A stretch of 64,000 bases of DNA from Chara braunii (GCA_003427395.1 BFEA01000016.1:3604479-3668478); one strand, 5' to 3'. Shown: positions 13,636-61,600, counted from the stretch's first letter. The notes: generated by a model from the sequence alone, not told the origin. Made by a program: numbers and translations.

Positions 13636-15099
13636 AAAAATCCGCCTAAGCGAAAACCATTGGGATTACGAGAGAGACGTTGAAGAAAACGCTAACGGGT
13701 GAATGTTAATCCTTGTGTCTCGTTGCCGTCAATAAAATTGTTGTTATTATTCCACTGGCATACTGGTTCAAATCTTATGTCTCATAGTCTGTTGAATATC
13801 TTAATAACTTTTAAATAGCGAAACATTAATTGTGTTGTTGTTATCTGTATTGAAGATGAACTCTTGGTGGATGGTTGTAAATATTTATTCATATGTTTGG
13901 GGGGATCGATTGTATCATGTAAATTTGAGCGTGGTCCATTTAAACACTTTCAAGGTAATTTTTTTGAAGGAGTTACTCTTGTCTTTAAAGTTAGTACGGA
14001 TTTTTTCCACTGTTTCTTGAAGTATAAAACAATGTTAGCAGAATTTTTAAGTAAACCAACTATAAGAGATATTTTTTTCACTTGCCTTTAAAGTTAGTAC
14101 GCATTTTTTCCACTGTTCCTTGAAGTATAAAGCAATGTTGGCAGAACTGTTAAGTAAGTCAACTATAAGAGGTTGTTTGTCTTCCTGGACCTTGATGATT
14201 TGGTTCGTGCATTGTTCTTTAAAGTACACGATAATATTGGTGAAACTGCTACGTAAGCTAACTATAAGAGATTGTTTGTCCTTCTGGAGCTTGATGATAT
14301 AGTTCATGTATTCACTGTTATCTGTACTTTGAATAGATAAATAAAAAATAAGATATCGACTTCGTGGTATTCTGTCGAAGGTGATTGTCGTCGCACACTT
14401 TGGGATTAATGTGAGACAACGACCCGAGGTGATGGTCCGTATCACCTATGATGATTCTCTCTGCAAGACGTCGGTCCGGCGGTTGTGTTCAAAACTGGTA
14501 GAGAGTATTGTCATTAACAACTCATGAAAAAAAAAAATGTTTGTATGTCGCATGTGGATTGTATGGTGTCGAAATAAGTCGGTAAATAATTATCTTCCCA
14601 ACTTTCATACAGTTGCTCGTTCATACTGTTTTGCTTGTACATGGCTTAGCTCTTCACCCTTGTTCCTGATGACTGGTGGCCATGTGATATTCCGGGTGAA
14701 AAATGTGGCTGATTTTCTTTCTTTAATTAAAAATAGCAAGAATATTATTCGCTTTTCTCGAACTATATCCATCTTTTCTTTATGTAGACGGATAACATTT
14801 TCATTTCTTTCTTTGAACTTTTTGCCTATCTTGGCCTCCTATCTTCTGACGTTAAAAGACTTATTGACACGATTTAATTTTTCTTTCTTTACTCTATTTG
14901 AAAATACTTCTCTTATCTGTTATGTCAATGATATGCGTCGCTTTCAATAATTTTCCCATGGTCTTATCTGCAGTTTTTTTTACCATAATATGAGTGATGC
15001 ATTTGTTTGTTATCTTCTTGTCTATGAAGCAGGTACAATTTTTTTTTTTTCTCTGGTAACCTTTCCTTTTCTATTTGTAAGGCGGATCAGGAGTTCCTG

Positions 15100-16317
15100 T
15101 TGAAGCAATGTCGGATCTCGTACGAGGAACAAAATCTTTGTTAAGTGGGAAGGTGGAATCCCCAAAGATCGTTGGGTCGGACTTATTGTCTACCAAAACA
15201 CAAAATGCATTAAGATGACGCTCAATCTGCCCATCCTACTTAGAATCTGGGGTCGTAGGTGGTTGTGTCATATCTCGAGTGGTTAATTGTTTGTTGTGAA
15301 ATCTACCTGCCCATACGAATTTTAATTTATGTTGTACTGAAGATTTGACTCAAAAAATAAAAACTATGAACTTCGAGTTGAAGAAAGATAAAACACTTAT
15401 GAGATTTGTTTTGATATCAAAGAGATGTTTTCAAATTCACCACATCTCTCCATTTTTCGTGCGTTCGACTGAGTTGTTGACTTTTGGCAAGGGGAAGGGG
15501 TCAAATGTGTTGTCGTTAAGACTTGAGGGAAGAAAACAAGTTAGTCAGAGGAAGGACAAAGGAGGGGTGGCGTCATGTTTCATTTGAGCTATTGGTTTGG
15601 TTTCTGACTTTCGAGTTGCATCATACTTTTGTCTTCGCTGGTGGTGAGCTACTGCAACAAATTGTCAGCATCCCTATGGACAAACCCACTAGCCCAACTC
15701 TTACGGGTCTACTTCATGCCTTCAATGAGTTATCTTTCCTTTTTATTTTAGGATATGATCGTCGTCTCTTCCGAGTTTTTAGGTGGATGAATGATATTTT
15801 TTTATTCGTCATTTGTAGGAAGGATTGTGAGGTGCCGATGGAGCACGATCAAAGGTTGCTGTATTCTTTTAACAAATGTTACAACGAAAACTTGACTTTG
15901 GAGCAAACGAGTGACGACTGTTGCTGGGATTCCCTTGGTTGTGTCCTGGATATTTATGACTCTACTGGGGGTGTTTTTCCCACTACACAAGAACCAAAGG
16001 GAACCTAGGATGGTAAATGAACTTTTAAGAATATTCAAGATTTTGTTTTATATATAAGCCGTCAGCAAAAACTTGCGGTTATGAATTTTTTTCTCCAGCA
16101 GGCAAAAACCTTCACTTCTATTGCTGGTACCGAGCTTCCGTTTCTCTTTACTTTGAAGAACGAGTTGAAAAAAAAAGGATACCCGGATGAACTATTTGAC
16201 TGTGCACTGATAAATTTCTGGAGGACATTCGGCGGGATTTGGGATGAATGGATATCTATGTTGATGAGTTGGGGTAAGTTTTTTGATAAGGTGTATGTTA
16301 CTCGGCCTCGCCTTTAG
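15100..16317 (+). pseudogene. Penelope-type reverse transcriptase remnant
   Basis: LPKHK..R*RSICPS; FDIKEMFSNSPH (motif A); TFVFAGGELLQQIVSIPMDKPTSP (motif B); FRWMNDIF (decayed YxDD); thumb LKKKGYP. Confidence 0.85.
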
Positions 16318-16477
16318 AGGTCTTTGTAGTTACTAAGGCATGAAATAGGGTTCTGAACCTCTCGACGTGGATGTCTGGTTTTTCTCAGTAGACCTTGACT
16401 GTTGTTTTTTAGTAAACTTAGGATGGGATTGAACCCGGTATTTGAGAATCATTTTTTTTAATGGCGAATAACGTCTG

Positions 16478-17092
16478 GAGGACCTTTTAGGCTATGAGAC
16501 TGAGTGTTAGAATAGCCATGTCTGGGTTTCAAAAGGTGAGCTGAGTTTCTTTGCACTCCCGGGGTGGTATGTAGAAGTGAGAAGTAATGCAATGATTTCT
16601 AAGTTTTCAACTCGGTACCTAAGGTTGATGTGAAAAATGGAAGTAGCGACTCTTCGGTTTGTTTCCCAAGGTCTGTTGTTGGTACCTTTGCGAATTAGAA
16701 TGAGTCTGCTAGTAAGTTCTTAGTGCTAGCATTTTTTCTATTCGCAAAGTAAATAGAGCTTTACTCGGTCCTAAATTGAGAAGACCCTTGAAGAGTGCTG
16801 GTTATGGCGGCCAGCCGAAACCGGTAGGATCGCTTGCCATACGGATGCTTGCGTTTGTTTCTTGTTGTTTTTCACTACTATCTTTTGAAGCAAGCAATGC
16901 GTTTGGGAGTTTTTTGATATCCTTGCATAGTCTATCTCTTGTCCTGGAGTCATCATCTCCTCCTCTGACCTAAGGCCGTCTATGTCTACTTGCTTGTCCC
17001 TGTCTGGTGTCTTTCGCTTTCTCTCTCCCTCCCTGGCTGGTCTCAAGTTTGTGTGGATTGTCGATGAATGTCAACTTTGCAGTTGCTGAATA
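16478..17092 (+). repeat. 3' direct repeat (pLTR-like) of the Penelope-like element
   Basis: Homologous to 11116-11646. Confidence 0.85.
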
Positions 17093-17216
17093 TGAGACAA
17101 CGTCCATACCGTCATGTCCAGTGGAAAGAAAACCACGTTACGGTTCAGGAAGCTCGCAGTGAAGATGGTGGTAAAAACCGCTACACGCACAACGCACTAG
17201 CATTACCGGATAGTCC

Positions 17217-17378
17217 GCAAGGCCAAGCCAGGCAACAGACTGGGATGCGAGCACAAAAGCCAGGCAACAGACTGGGACCCGAGCAAGGCCGAGCCAGGCA
17301 ACAGACTGGGACATGAGCACAAAAGCCAGGCAACGGACTGGGACCCGAGCAAGGCCAAGCCAGGCAACAGACTGGGAC
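17217..17378. repeat. Minisatellite, ~32-bp unit x5 with alternating variants
   Basis: AGCCAGGCAACAGACTGGGA core; GCAAGGCC and GCACAAA variants alternate. Confidence 0.9.
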
Positions 17379-18746
17379 TGGAGCGCAATTCAGTGCCGTT
17401 GACCAGGTCCCGCAATGCCTCCCTCCTCCTGTGCTTGTGGCGTTCGGTGTGTATAATCAAATGAGCTGCTTCGTTTTGTGAAGAAAAAAAGAAGAAGTGA
17501 TGGGGCACACTCGTTTGCGTAATGGGTTCGCTCATTTCCGCATCACTGCCCAAGAAACGGACAGTGGGGCTTGGCCCGTCACTTCACTTCATAGTCCGAC
17601 TCCGGAGACTGACCTTACACCCGCCAGGACCCGAACCTGGTCGGGGTTTTCGATTTTGTAAAACTGGGGCCGTAAAACCGTTGAAAAATCGTGGGCGTGA
17701 GCCGGGCATGAACCACGGAAGAGGGGTAGCCTCGTCCCATAAACCAGAACAGAACGGAAGGGCATCACAATTCGCCACGGCTGAAGTGGGGGGGGACTAG
17801 ACTAGTACGTTAGAAAGTCGAAGTCCGGGGGATCGGGATCTGGAGTGATGCCTGACTGGCGAAGCTATGCTAATCTCCTCTGCATACATCGTCCCAACTA
17901 CGTGTGCTTTGTGTGACCTGTGCAAGGTGACGGGGTTCACGGCAGCGTACCCGATACGAATCACCAGTGCTTGCAGAGAGGTATCGCAAGTCACATACCT
18001 CGGATCTCGCTTTTGGGCACGCGAGCACCGACCACTGTGGACTCGAACCCTCGGTGTCGGACCGGCAATAATTCTACGGTGGTCAGTCCGTCCATAGCCC
18101 AATTCCGGAGACACCCGCCAGGACCCGGACCTCCGGGCGGGTGTTTCCATTTCGTAAAACTAAGGTCGCGGTAAAACCGGCGGGGAAAAGCGGTGGCCGT
18201 GCAAGTGGAGGTCCCATCGGCTAACGCCATTTTGCATGCTGCCGTGGTTGGCGGGAAGGCTGCGTAGACTCGGAAATCCGAGGACGCCGCAGTTCTCGAG
18301 AGAGAGCTGCTGAGGAGGCGAAGACGGGGTGCGTGTCGTCGTACTGGGTGGCGGCAGGGCAGCGCCGGTTGCTCGATTGCACGTGAGCTGACTTTAGAGC
18401 TTGTGTTGCTCGCTACTGAATCATTAAGTCCGAGAGAGGAGAGAAAGCGGAGATAGCGAGAGAGGGAACGAGTGCTTAGAGAAGGAAGGAGGTGGCCAGT
18501 TCCCGCCTACAGAGGGGAACTGGTGATGACGGAAGATAGAAGAGTTGAGAGCATGGAGGAGGCGGGAAGCGAGTTGAGGTGCTGAGTAATTGCGGGGAAT
18601 ACAGCGGCAATCGAAAAGGGGAAGAGGAAGTGGGCCTGAAGGGGCGATTGGTCTCGTGGAAAAGGAAGGGTTAATTATAGAAGGACGACGGTGAGGGGGG
18701 TGGGTGGAACTGCGTTGATTTAGGTTGTGTAGCCTGCTTTGCAGGC

Positions 18747-52651
<33,905 letters not shown>

Positions 52652-54889
52652 GACGAGGGTTTTTGACAGTTGGGGAGTGCAGCAAACAACTCGGTCAGGA
52701 ACGTGAAGGTCGGGAAGGAAGTGGGGAGGACACTAGATTGACGTGGAGAGCTTGGAGCTCTGGCTAGTAAAGGAAGCTCTCTCAAGTTTGTTTTGACGGT
52801 CTGGGGTCAAATGCATCAAGTCTTGCTAGGGCATGCGGTTACCCGGGGCTCCGATGTTGGCTTTCTTTCTTTCTTTTCTTGTTCGTTTCTTGTGGTATAA
52901 TTTGATCAGGGTGTTGAAGTTGCGGTTGAGTGCAGCAAAGGGAGACTGAAGTTGGAACGGCGAGCGGAAGAGGTTTGGGTGTCCGATAAATGGAACGAGT
53001 TTCGTTTTTAGTGTTTGCGGCAAACTTTAAAAGAGCGGTTGGGAGGAGGGAAATAGAGAAGGGTGGGGCTGTGTGCAGAAAGGGGCTGTGGAGGAGTGTC
53101 CTCCGCTGTGTGATTGATGATTCGTCTTCGTCGCGTCCAGCAGGTGAGAGCATTCGTGATGGATTTCATTGCATTCGTCAATCACTGAAAAGGGGTTAGG
53201 AAAGGAAAGAGAATAGCGACGATGGGTTGGCGAAAGGGGGTGCTGCAGAGAAGCATATCATTCAGTAGTGAATTCTTGACATTATCTCCTCCCCTCCAGT
53301 AAGAGGAGGTAGTGATGAATTGCATTGCGTTCGGTTTATCGTGATGAATGAATGTTCCTCTCTTCTGTGAGATGCACTTTCCTTAGAGTGTGCAATGACC
53401 TCAGTGATCAATCGTCTCCACTTTGTTTGCTATTATGTGCAAAAGATCAAGAAGGGAAAAAAAAAAAGCCAACAACATCGTTGGTGTGCGTGGCATGTCT
53501 TACACAGCAAGCTGTTCTTTCCCAGCTCAATTTCAGCCCATGCCTGGGTTGTTAATGTCGAAGCATCAAAAGCCAGAATGTACACTCCAAGGGAAGGCAG
53601 GATCTTCCGAGTTGCCTGTCATCCTTGCAGAGGGGTCTTCCCTTGTGTCTCGGCCATTCCCATCATCCCAGAGCAATCTTCCGCATCTCAATTATAATTA
53701 TATACCACCCTTCCCCTCATGGCATCAGTGTGTCAAATGTCTTCGTCCAGTCTTTAGCCGTTTTCATTTGATGGAGCTTGTGCGTGGCAACTCCAGGGCT
53801 GTGCAGATGCGCATTCTCGAGGATTTGCCTCCTGTAGAGCTTTCCGGATGTAGGCTTCAGCTTAACTGCATCTCATGCTGCTTGTGCTTGGCAGGTTTAG
53901 CCTTTCACGGCTCTGCGCCGGTGCGCATCTCGAGGACTTGCCCCTGTAGAGCTTTCAGGATGTAGGCTCCGGTCTATACCACATGTATGGAACTTGGTTC
54001 TCTCACTTGCACCAGGGAAAATTCCAGCAGCAGTTATGACAAGCGCAACCCTGCGCAGGTGTGCTGCAGGATATCTGTGCAGAAATCTGTTGGTTTACCT
54101 GAATAGCACTCCGAGGGTGATTCGCTGATGTACATCCCCCAGGCTTTTTCCTTGTAGTCCTGAATGCCCCCACCACCTTTGAGAAGGATCGTGTAAATCT
54201 AGCTCAGGAAGGCATTGTGCATGGAAAGTGGAGGAAAGGCTTCAGGGTCCTGCATGTCCTCGAGAGAGGTCTTGTTGTGGTCTGGTGGTAGTCCGTCTGT
54301 CCGCTCCTTCCAACATACTATGGTTTATTGGCCACGGGCCGTGTATTTGACCTCAACTGGGATTGTTTGGCCGTCCGATGTAAGATTTCTTTTACGGCGG
54401 CCGCCGTTCGTCGTTGGACTTTGGATGGGCCAACGTGAGATGTGCGATGTAAACATGTTTACTGAGTCATTCGTGAGTTGCGGCGGGGCGTGCGATGTCC
54501 TTCTCCGTGTTTGTTTTGTGTTGTGCTTTTTCTTTTTCCCTTTATTCCTCTTTCGTTTTCATGTTGATGCGTGAAGGACAGACCAGGGCTCAAGTCCACC
54601 ATTTGCAATGCCGCTATTGCGGAACCTGTGCAGTTTTAGACACTTTGGAGTATTTGCAGTTTCGCAGAAGAGGTGAAAAAGAAGAAAAAGAAAAAAGGAC
54701 TGAAAAAGGAGTGGAATGCGGGGTGCGTGCGTCAGAAACGTGCACCACGTGGGGTTGCATCAGGAAAGATCTTGCTGGCGGTTGCTGTTAAGGTCACGAG
54801 TGCGAACCCGGTGGGCGGGGTTGTGTCAGGAAAGATGTTGCCAATGGTCGCTGTCAGGAAAGATCTTGCCTCCCTCCATTGACGTCTCA

Positions 54890-55489
54890 CCTTTTTCCGT
54901 CCGCCCGACCTGCACCTGATCTCCGCCTCACCTCCATCTTCTCTCCGCCCTCTGTCCGCTCTCCCTCGTTCCTCCACTTCCTTTCTACCCTCGACCTCAG
55001 CCTGGCCTCCTCCCTTCCTCCCTCGGCCCTCAGCCCTCTCTCCTCTCTCGCTCTTTTCTTGGACATTCCTCCTCCCTCAGCCCTCACTTCTTCCTCCCTC
55101 CTCCTGTCCTTCGGCCTTCGCTTCTCCGTCCCTCCTTCCTTGGGACCTCAATTCTCCGTTCCTGCTTCCTTCCCTTGGCCCTCGCTTCTCCCGCCCTCCT
55201 TCCTTGGGACCTCAATTCTCCGTTCCTGCTTCCTTCCCTCAGCCCTCACTTCTCACTCCCTCATTCCTTCCCTTGGCCCTCACGTCTATCTCCTCCTTCC
55301 TTCCTTTGGCTCTCACTTCTACCTCCCTCCTCCCTTCCCTCAGCCATCACTTCTCCCTCCCTCCGTCCCCCTTTTGCCGGTTCCCCTCGACCCTCCCTCC
55401 CTCCCTTCTCCCATGGCCCTTCATCCTCCCTCGGCCTTTGTTGTTGAATGATCAGAATGCTGCATGTTTTTCTTTGCTCCCCGTGTGCG

Positions 55490-55527
<38 letters not shown>

Positions 55528-55700
55528 AAGGTAGCCTCACCTCCTCCTCCCTCCCCCCATTCATGCCTCAGTGGTCTTCTGTCCTTCCTCCATCCCTGCT
55601 TCCTCCCTCCTTCCTACGTCTTCCGCCTTCCTTCCCTCCTATCCCTCGGTTGTCCCCCATGCCTTCCGTCCTCTGTGCCTCCTTCCACCATTCTTTCCGC
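54890..55700. repeat. Pyrimidine-rich degenerate repeat tract
   Basis: CT-rich; includes a 64-bp-period duplication of CCTTGGGACCTCAATTCTCCGTTCCTGCTTCCTTCC. Confidence 0.75.
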
Positions 55701-56048
55701 TCTACCTAGAGACTGGATTTCTCGGTTTGTTCAGCACATTTCGTTTGCCCCTGCATGTGCGCGCGCGCGCGCTCGAGAGAGAGAGAGAGAGAGAGAGGCC
55801 CAGGTTCTGATTCGACATTTTGTGGCAGACATTGATTGGACATTCGACAGGGAGACTATTTTTGGACTTCGCTATCGCGCCCATGTTCGTCTCCCCTCTC
55901 CCCCATCTCCTCATGCGTGGTTTCTCCCCATGTGCGTGCTCAAGGAGGGACCTTTCATCTGTGTATGCGGTCCCTCCCCTCCCTCTCACATGTGAGGTGT
56001 ATGATGGGATGTCGCGTCTGTATCTGACAGGTCAGGTCTATCTTTGAG

Positions 56049-56049
<1 letters not shown>

Positions 56050-56086
<37 letters not shown>

Positions 56087-56098
56087 GCGTGCTCGCAC

Positions 56099-56177
<79 letters not shown>

Positions 56178-56178
56178 N

Positions 56179-56269
<91 letters not shown>
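56050..56269. repeat. (CA)n/(GA)n compound microsatellite; similar tracts at about 300, 19130, 23550, 38040, 41270 and 41900
   Basis: Read directly; several tracts abut N gaps. Confidence 0.95.
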
Positions 56270-56273
<4 letters not shown>

Positions 56274-56579
56274 GCCACACTGTCCATGAAGTTATTCTAA
56301 CGCATGCTGTGCGGTCTCTTCTGTGACTTTTGGCTTCCATGAAATGCTCCAAGTCCCTCAAGCAAACAGCAAACTGTCAAGCAGATTGGATGCGGAGTGC
56401 TTCATTCAAAAATTTGAAGACCACTACTTGACAACAGCTGTACTATCATAATTCAAGGGGACTTCAAACAGCTCCCCTTGGCCAATTCTCAATCACATCA
56501 TCTCAGCCCACCCCCTGCCATTTCGCAATCACACTATCTCGGTCCTCTGAACTGAGTCTCACACACACACATGCTGTAG

Positions 56580-56975
56580 CTCTGCTTTATTCTACTCTTC
56601 TCTAACACTACTGTACTCTACTAGACTGCTATATTATACTCTCCTGTTCTACTCTACTCTCTACTCTTTATTCCCTACTCTACTCTCTACTCTAGACTTT
56701 AATCTTCTCTTCTCTTCTCTTCTCTTCTCTTCTCTACTCCTCTACTCTACTCTACTCTACTCTACTCTACTCTACTCTACTCTCTACTCTCCTCTGGTCT
56801 ACTCTCAACTTCTACTCTCTTCACTGTGTACTCTACTCTCTACTCTGTACTCTCTACCCTACTGTACTCTAGTATGCTTTTCTATGCTGCATTCTTCTCT
56901 ACTCCACTCCTCTCTACTCTACAGGCTATATTCCTCTACTCTACTTCACTCTCTACACGTTCTCTACTCCTCTCA
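56580..56975. repeat. (CTCTA)n/(CTCTT)n pentanucleotide microsatellite
   Basis: Read directly. Confidence 0.9.
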
Positions 56976-58607
56976 GGTACATGGTGTTTGTGGTGTGGGC
57001 CCTTTCAACATATCGTGATGGTTGACTGTCCTGGCGGGACCTTGGGAGGTGGTTAATTCTCTTTCTCCTCGGTATGTACTATCTATGGCGTGGGGGGTTG
57101 TGGCTTATGTCTTTAAACTGCCAGTACACGTCCCCAGCCTTGCAGAAAATGCAGCTCATCGCCTATGAAAATTTTGCAGGCTCGACCTACAGGACGACAA
57201 TGGCTGGCTGCAGCAGCCGAACAGAAAGTGCATAGGCGGCTGTTCGCAGAAGTTTGATGTGCAGTAACCCGCCTCCAGGCCTAGGTGTACTGGTGGTTTA
57301 AGGCCTGTCGCCGCTGTCGGTAAAGACGCCTACAGGCTACAACACCATTCTATCTCATTAAGGTTCGATGTACCTCATTCAGCTGGTTGTTCAAACACTC
57401 CACCATTTCTGAGACCTGAAGCCAAAAAGCGCCGTTCTATCTCGTTAAGGTTTTATCAACTTTTATGTACCTCACCATTGCTGGTTTTTTAACTGCCTAC
57501 GTATCCCATTTTTTTGGTTCCTGTATTCACACGCTACTGGAGGTTTCACACACTCCATCAATACCCTTTCCTCATGTGGGCGGAGCCCTGCGGGTCCGTC
57601 TTGTTCTCAAATGAAACTTTTTGAGTCTTGCTCAGCACGGGGATCTGAATGACAGCAGGCAAGGTGATAACCGGTCTGCTTTGTTGTATATATATTTTTT
57701 GATTGGTAAGCAGAGCTTCGGGCGAAACATATGCGATGAGGAGGAGGAAAAAATGGTCTCTAGGTTTCTGATATTTCCCCAATCCCTTGATGAGAGAATC
57801 TGGTCTCTTGCGATGGTGGTTTTGGGATAGTACCGTAGAGTTCCAAGTCCTGAATGTTGCACAGATCGTGACCGTGGTTTTAGAAGGGAACATCGTGAAG
57901 TCCTGACAGTTATGCACACATGGCAGTTGATAAGAAGATCATGAGTTCGAAGTCCTGACTCCTGAGCAGTAGAAGAGAACCTGCATCAGCGGTATCCACA
58001 ATACTTTTGCATTTCTAGTATTTCTACAATGTTACGTACTCCCTAAACGTCACAAGGGCTGCATCTGAACCGCTGTCTTCGCTGATCACGAAAGGTATGG
58101 TCGAGGGCCAATGGGCCCTGCTTCCTTTTTACCCATCACAAGTAAGACAGCCGCGGGCAGGCAAAAAGAAATAGGGTCGACCAGTAGGCCTTCCCGGTGG
58201 CCCCACCCTGCCGATTAGGGCGGGGGGCGGGGGGCGGCAGGCATCCCATTAATTGTGAGAGATAGCTATGCTTGTAGGGGTCCCCCTGTTTAGGCTTAGG
58301 AGTAGTGGCAGGNNNNNNNNNNNNNNNNNNNNNAAAAAAAAAAAAAAAAAAAAAAAACGCTGTGGAAAGAGGGGAGGCAGTCAGGTTGCATGCTGGGATG
58401 GCACACTTTTAGAGAATGGATTTGGCAGGATGCGTTTAGCAATCAAAATGGAAGGAACGAATTTGACACTGGAGGCCATGATGTAGGGCACCTAAAATTT
58501 GGAGTTTTCAAGACCTTCATCGATCCGACAGCACTTTTGGTGGTGGGCAAAACTGCCCTGCCGGAGGGTAGGGCAGTCTTCTGAATGGCGGAACAGTGTA
58601 TTCTTGC

Positions 58608-61600
58608 TTTTTTTTTATTTTTAAAAGGTCTCTTTATTATTAGGGCCCAGTGCCCAAGGCAATATACAAAAAATTATGAAGGTTTCAGATTCAGGGGCCA
58701 CAAGGTCTCCACGAACTTCTCTGTGAGGTGGAGCCCCTCCCCTGTAGCCAGAGATGAGTATAAGCCTTGAGATGAAACAACCTAGACCAATAAAAAAAAT
58801 TAGGAAAAATCTTGCAAAAGAAAAACAGCACTACGTACTAAAAAGCCTACACACGCCTACAAAAACAACCAATTAAACAACAACTAATAAAACAACTATT
58901 TTAAAAAGATCACAATTTGCTAAACAAAGAACAATGTCTGAACAATGTCTGTAAAATTTAAACCTCATCACTTGCGGTCTGCAAAAAAGACCCAAAAAGG
59001 AAGTCTCCTGTGCATGTATCTATAGTGACAAGCGCAGGGCAGGAGACCCAATGCTTTTGGAACCAGGAACCAGGAAACGCCTGCACGCAAACTCATCGGT
59101 TTTCCCAATCTGTGTTTCCAGTCCAGATAGAAGATATGGCGCAGACCTCTTTTGATCCTATGAAGCATCTGTTGTGTCGAGGGCGATTCCTTGGACCGCA
59201 CCACGTCATTTCTTTGTCTCCATAGATGCCAAAGCACTGTTGCTACAAAGGGATTCATAGACATTTGCCTGGGGCTTCGAAAGCTGCAGCACTATTGTAC
59301 CCAGTAAAATGGATACATTTGACCAAGTATCTCCCCATTGCTGTGGCCCAGATATCTTTAGCATTTTTGCATGAGATCCAGATGTGTTGTCCTCCACAAG
59401 GTGGGGGATTAAGCATGCTTTGCAGAAAGGTGTACCCTGTTTTCGACGACGATACAGAAAAGCAGCAGTAGGGATAGCATTGTGCACTATTTGCCATAGC
59501 AGACCGGCGTGCTTTGCCACTCGCAGAGAGGGGAGCAATCGCCAAAAAATCGTTAGTTGGTCGATGTGTATATCGATTCCAAGAACATGCCGTTTTTTGA
59601 CTATGGTCCAATCCACGTCTACATCCGGTAGAAGCATTAAATAAGCGAATTTATCAGAGTGTTGTGTTAGAGATACAACAGTGTCCGGCTTTCGCCGGTC
59701 TTCCCAATACGAATCCCTAGGATCCAACATCAGATCCTTGGAAGCAGTCTGGGTTTTATATGGCAAAAAAGTGATACTGAATGATTGTTTCTCTTCCAAA
59801 ATGCAGATAGCAGTTGTTGATGTTAAGGCAGAAATTATGGGGGCTGAGGAGGATCTGGATAACGCAGTACCGAGTCCTGTTTGTCCATTTTTCGCTGTCC
59901 AACTGGTCATTTTCCATTCGTCATCAGTTAACTGTGTTTGCAGGCGTCACAGTGTGTGGGTTAGATCTTCAGTATCTTGTGGAAACCAGGAGCCTGGCAA
60001 GTATCGTCTCTGACTTATGATCTGTGTCCATTCCGCTGGTATTGCCACAAGAATATCTCGCAAATTTTGTCTCCATGTTCTGAGTCCATAGAGGGCACGT
60101 TGCATCTGACCCTCTTCTTTCCATCTATTGTTAGTCTCGTCCCAAAGGTGGGCCAATGTGACCACTTCGCAGGACATCCAACTATGGCCAAAAGTTCCCG
60201 TGCCTATCACACGAAAAGGCTGTCCGTCAGTAAGTAGTATGTTGGGATTGTTAAAAATAGGTTGTGACAGAAGGCGATCATACTGTAGCGCAGGGGCCAT
60301 TCTTTGGGGAAGAATTTGCCTCCATGCTTCTAATAAGTTCCTCCATATTGGAGACACTGCCGTCTTTCTACAATACTTGTCCATAAACAATGCCAAATTG
60401 ACAATATTGGAATTTGAGGTGAAACCGAAGTTAGAGGAGAGTAAGCATTTGGCCAAAGCCTTCCAAGTTCCAAGTGGCAGTCTCATCAGTAAAAAAAAAT
60501 CTAGGTATCTATTTGGTTAACAAGGCTCAAATCTGTAATTGTGGATCAAGCATGAAAGCGGACTCATCCATTTTCTCTTTCTATATATAATTTGCCGCGG
60601 CACGTTTGATATGTTTGTACATGGAAGGTTGCAAAACAGTCATGGAGTGTTCATACCAAATTCTAGCAAAAACTGCATTGTTGATTGTCAGGACTCGGTC
60701 ATACAGGCCAGCTCCTTCAGATTTAACCCATGCTGCTTGGACAGAGTTAATCTTATCAACAATCTGTGCTGTACTGCGGCTAATTTTGCCATTGAAATTG
60801 ATATAGTAACTCAACGGTCTCTCCATTTCCTCAGAATCAACGAGTTGTAACCCCCAATGATGAGGAAGAGAAATATGCGATGGGACCATTAAAACTGTTT
60901 TTTGCCAGTTGATCTTGGCTTCTGATACTCGGGAAAAATTTAGTATGGTATCTTTAAGGGCTTCAAAAGCATTATCATCAATGAAAATGAACAGAGAAGT
61001 GTCATCTGCAAAGGATTGACCTTTTGCTTCCTGATTTGGGGGATATCGTAAACCTGTGATGCGATTGTCAGCCCGAATCATGGCATGCAATGCTTCTATG
61101 TACAATATATAAAGATAGGGGGCAAGAGGGCACCCCTGTCTTACTGACCAAGTTAGAACTATGGGATCAGAGAGCTTACCATTGACAATCAGTCTAGTAG
61201 TAGCCCCAGTAAAAAGTGCTCGCACGTAGTCCACAAATTTGGGGCCAAAGTTTAGTCTAGCAAGAAACAGGAAGAGAAAATCCCAGTTGACACGATCATA
61301 TGCTTTCTCAAAATCAAGAAGGAGGACACCGACTGGCTGTTCAACACGGTTGATCTATTCAATTCCTTGGCAAACAGCCATTACAGTGTCTATAATTTGC
61401 CGGTTCTGCAAGAAACCAGTCTGATCTTGATGAATGAGGTTGGGCAACACTCTTTGAATACGATTGGCCAGCATTCCAGAGATAATTTTGTATAAGGTAG
61501 CAGTAAGAGTTATCGGTCTCTTATTCCTGATTTGTGTCTTATCTCCCTTCTTATGGATGAGAGTCAAAAACCCTTGTACATGGGTTGGGGGCATCGCTTG

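Larger units (their letters stand above)
11116..17092 (+). mobile_element. Decayed Penelope-like retroelement with N-terminal GIY-YIG followed by RT (Naiad/Chlamys-type order), bounded by diverged direct repeats
   Basis: Interrupted + strand frames give VVYALVFPWCRHTYIGS (13351-13410), a Cys/GHV linker (~14620-14700), YCLPKHK, FDIKEMFSN, QQIVSIPMDKPTSP, FRWMNDIF and KKGYP; direct repeats at both ends. Confidence 0.85.

Noticed and set aside
11116-17092. LTR retrotransposon call based on the direct repeats
   Set aside because: No TG..CA ends, PBS, PPT or integrase; the RT and GIY-YIG motifs are PLE-type
17040-17100. Hammerhead in the PLE direct repeat (CGATGA...GAATA)
   Set aside because: Both repeat copies lack the CUGANGA and GAAA cores and there is no consistent stem III
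18690-18746. 5' UTR intron ending at TTTGCAG just before the ATG
   Set aside because: Plausible but cannot be supported without transcript data
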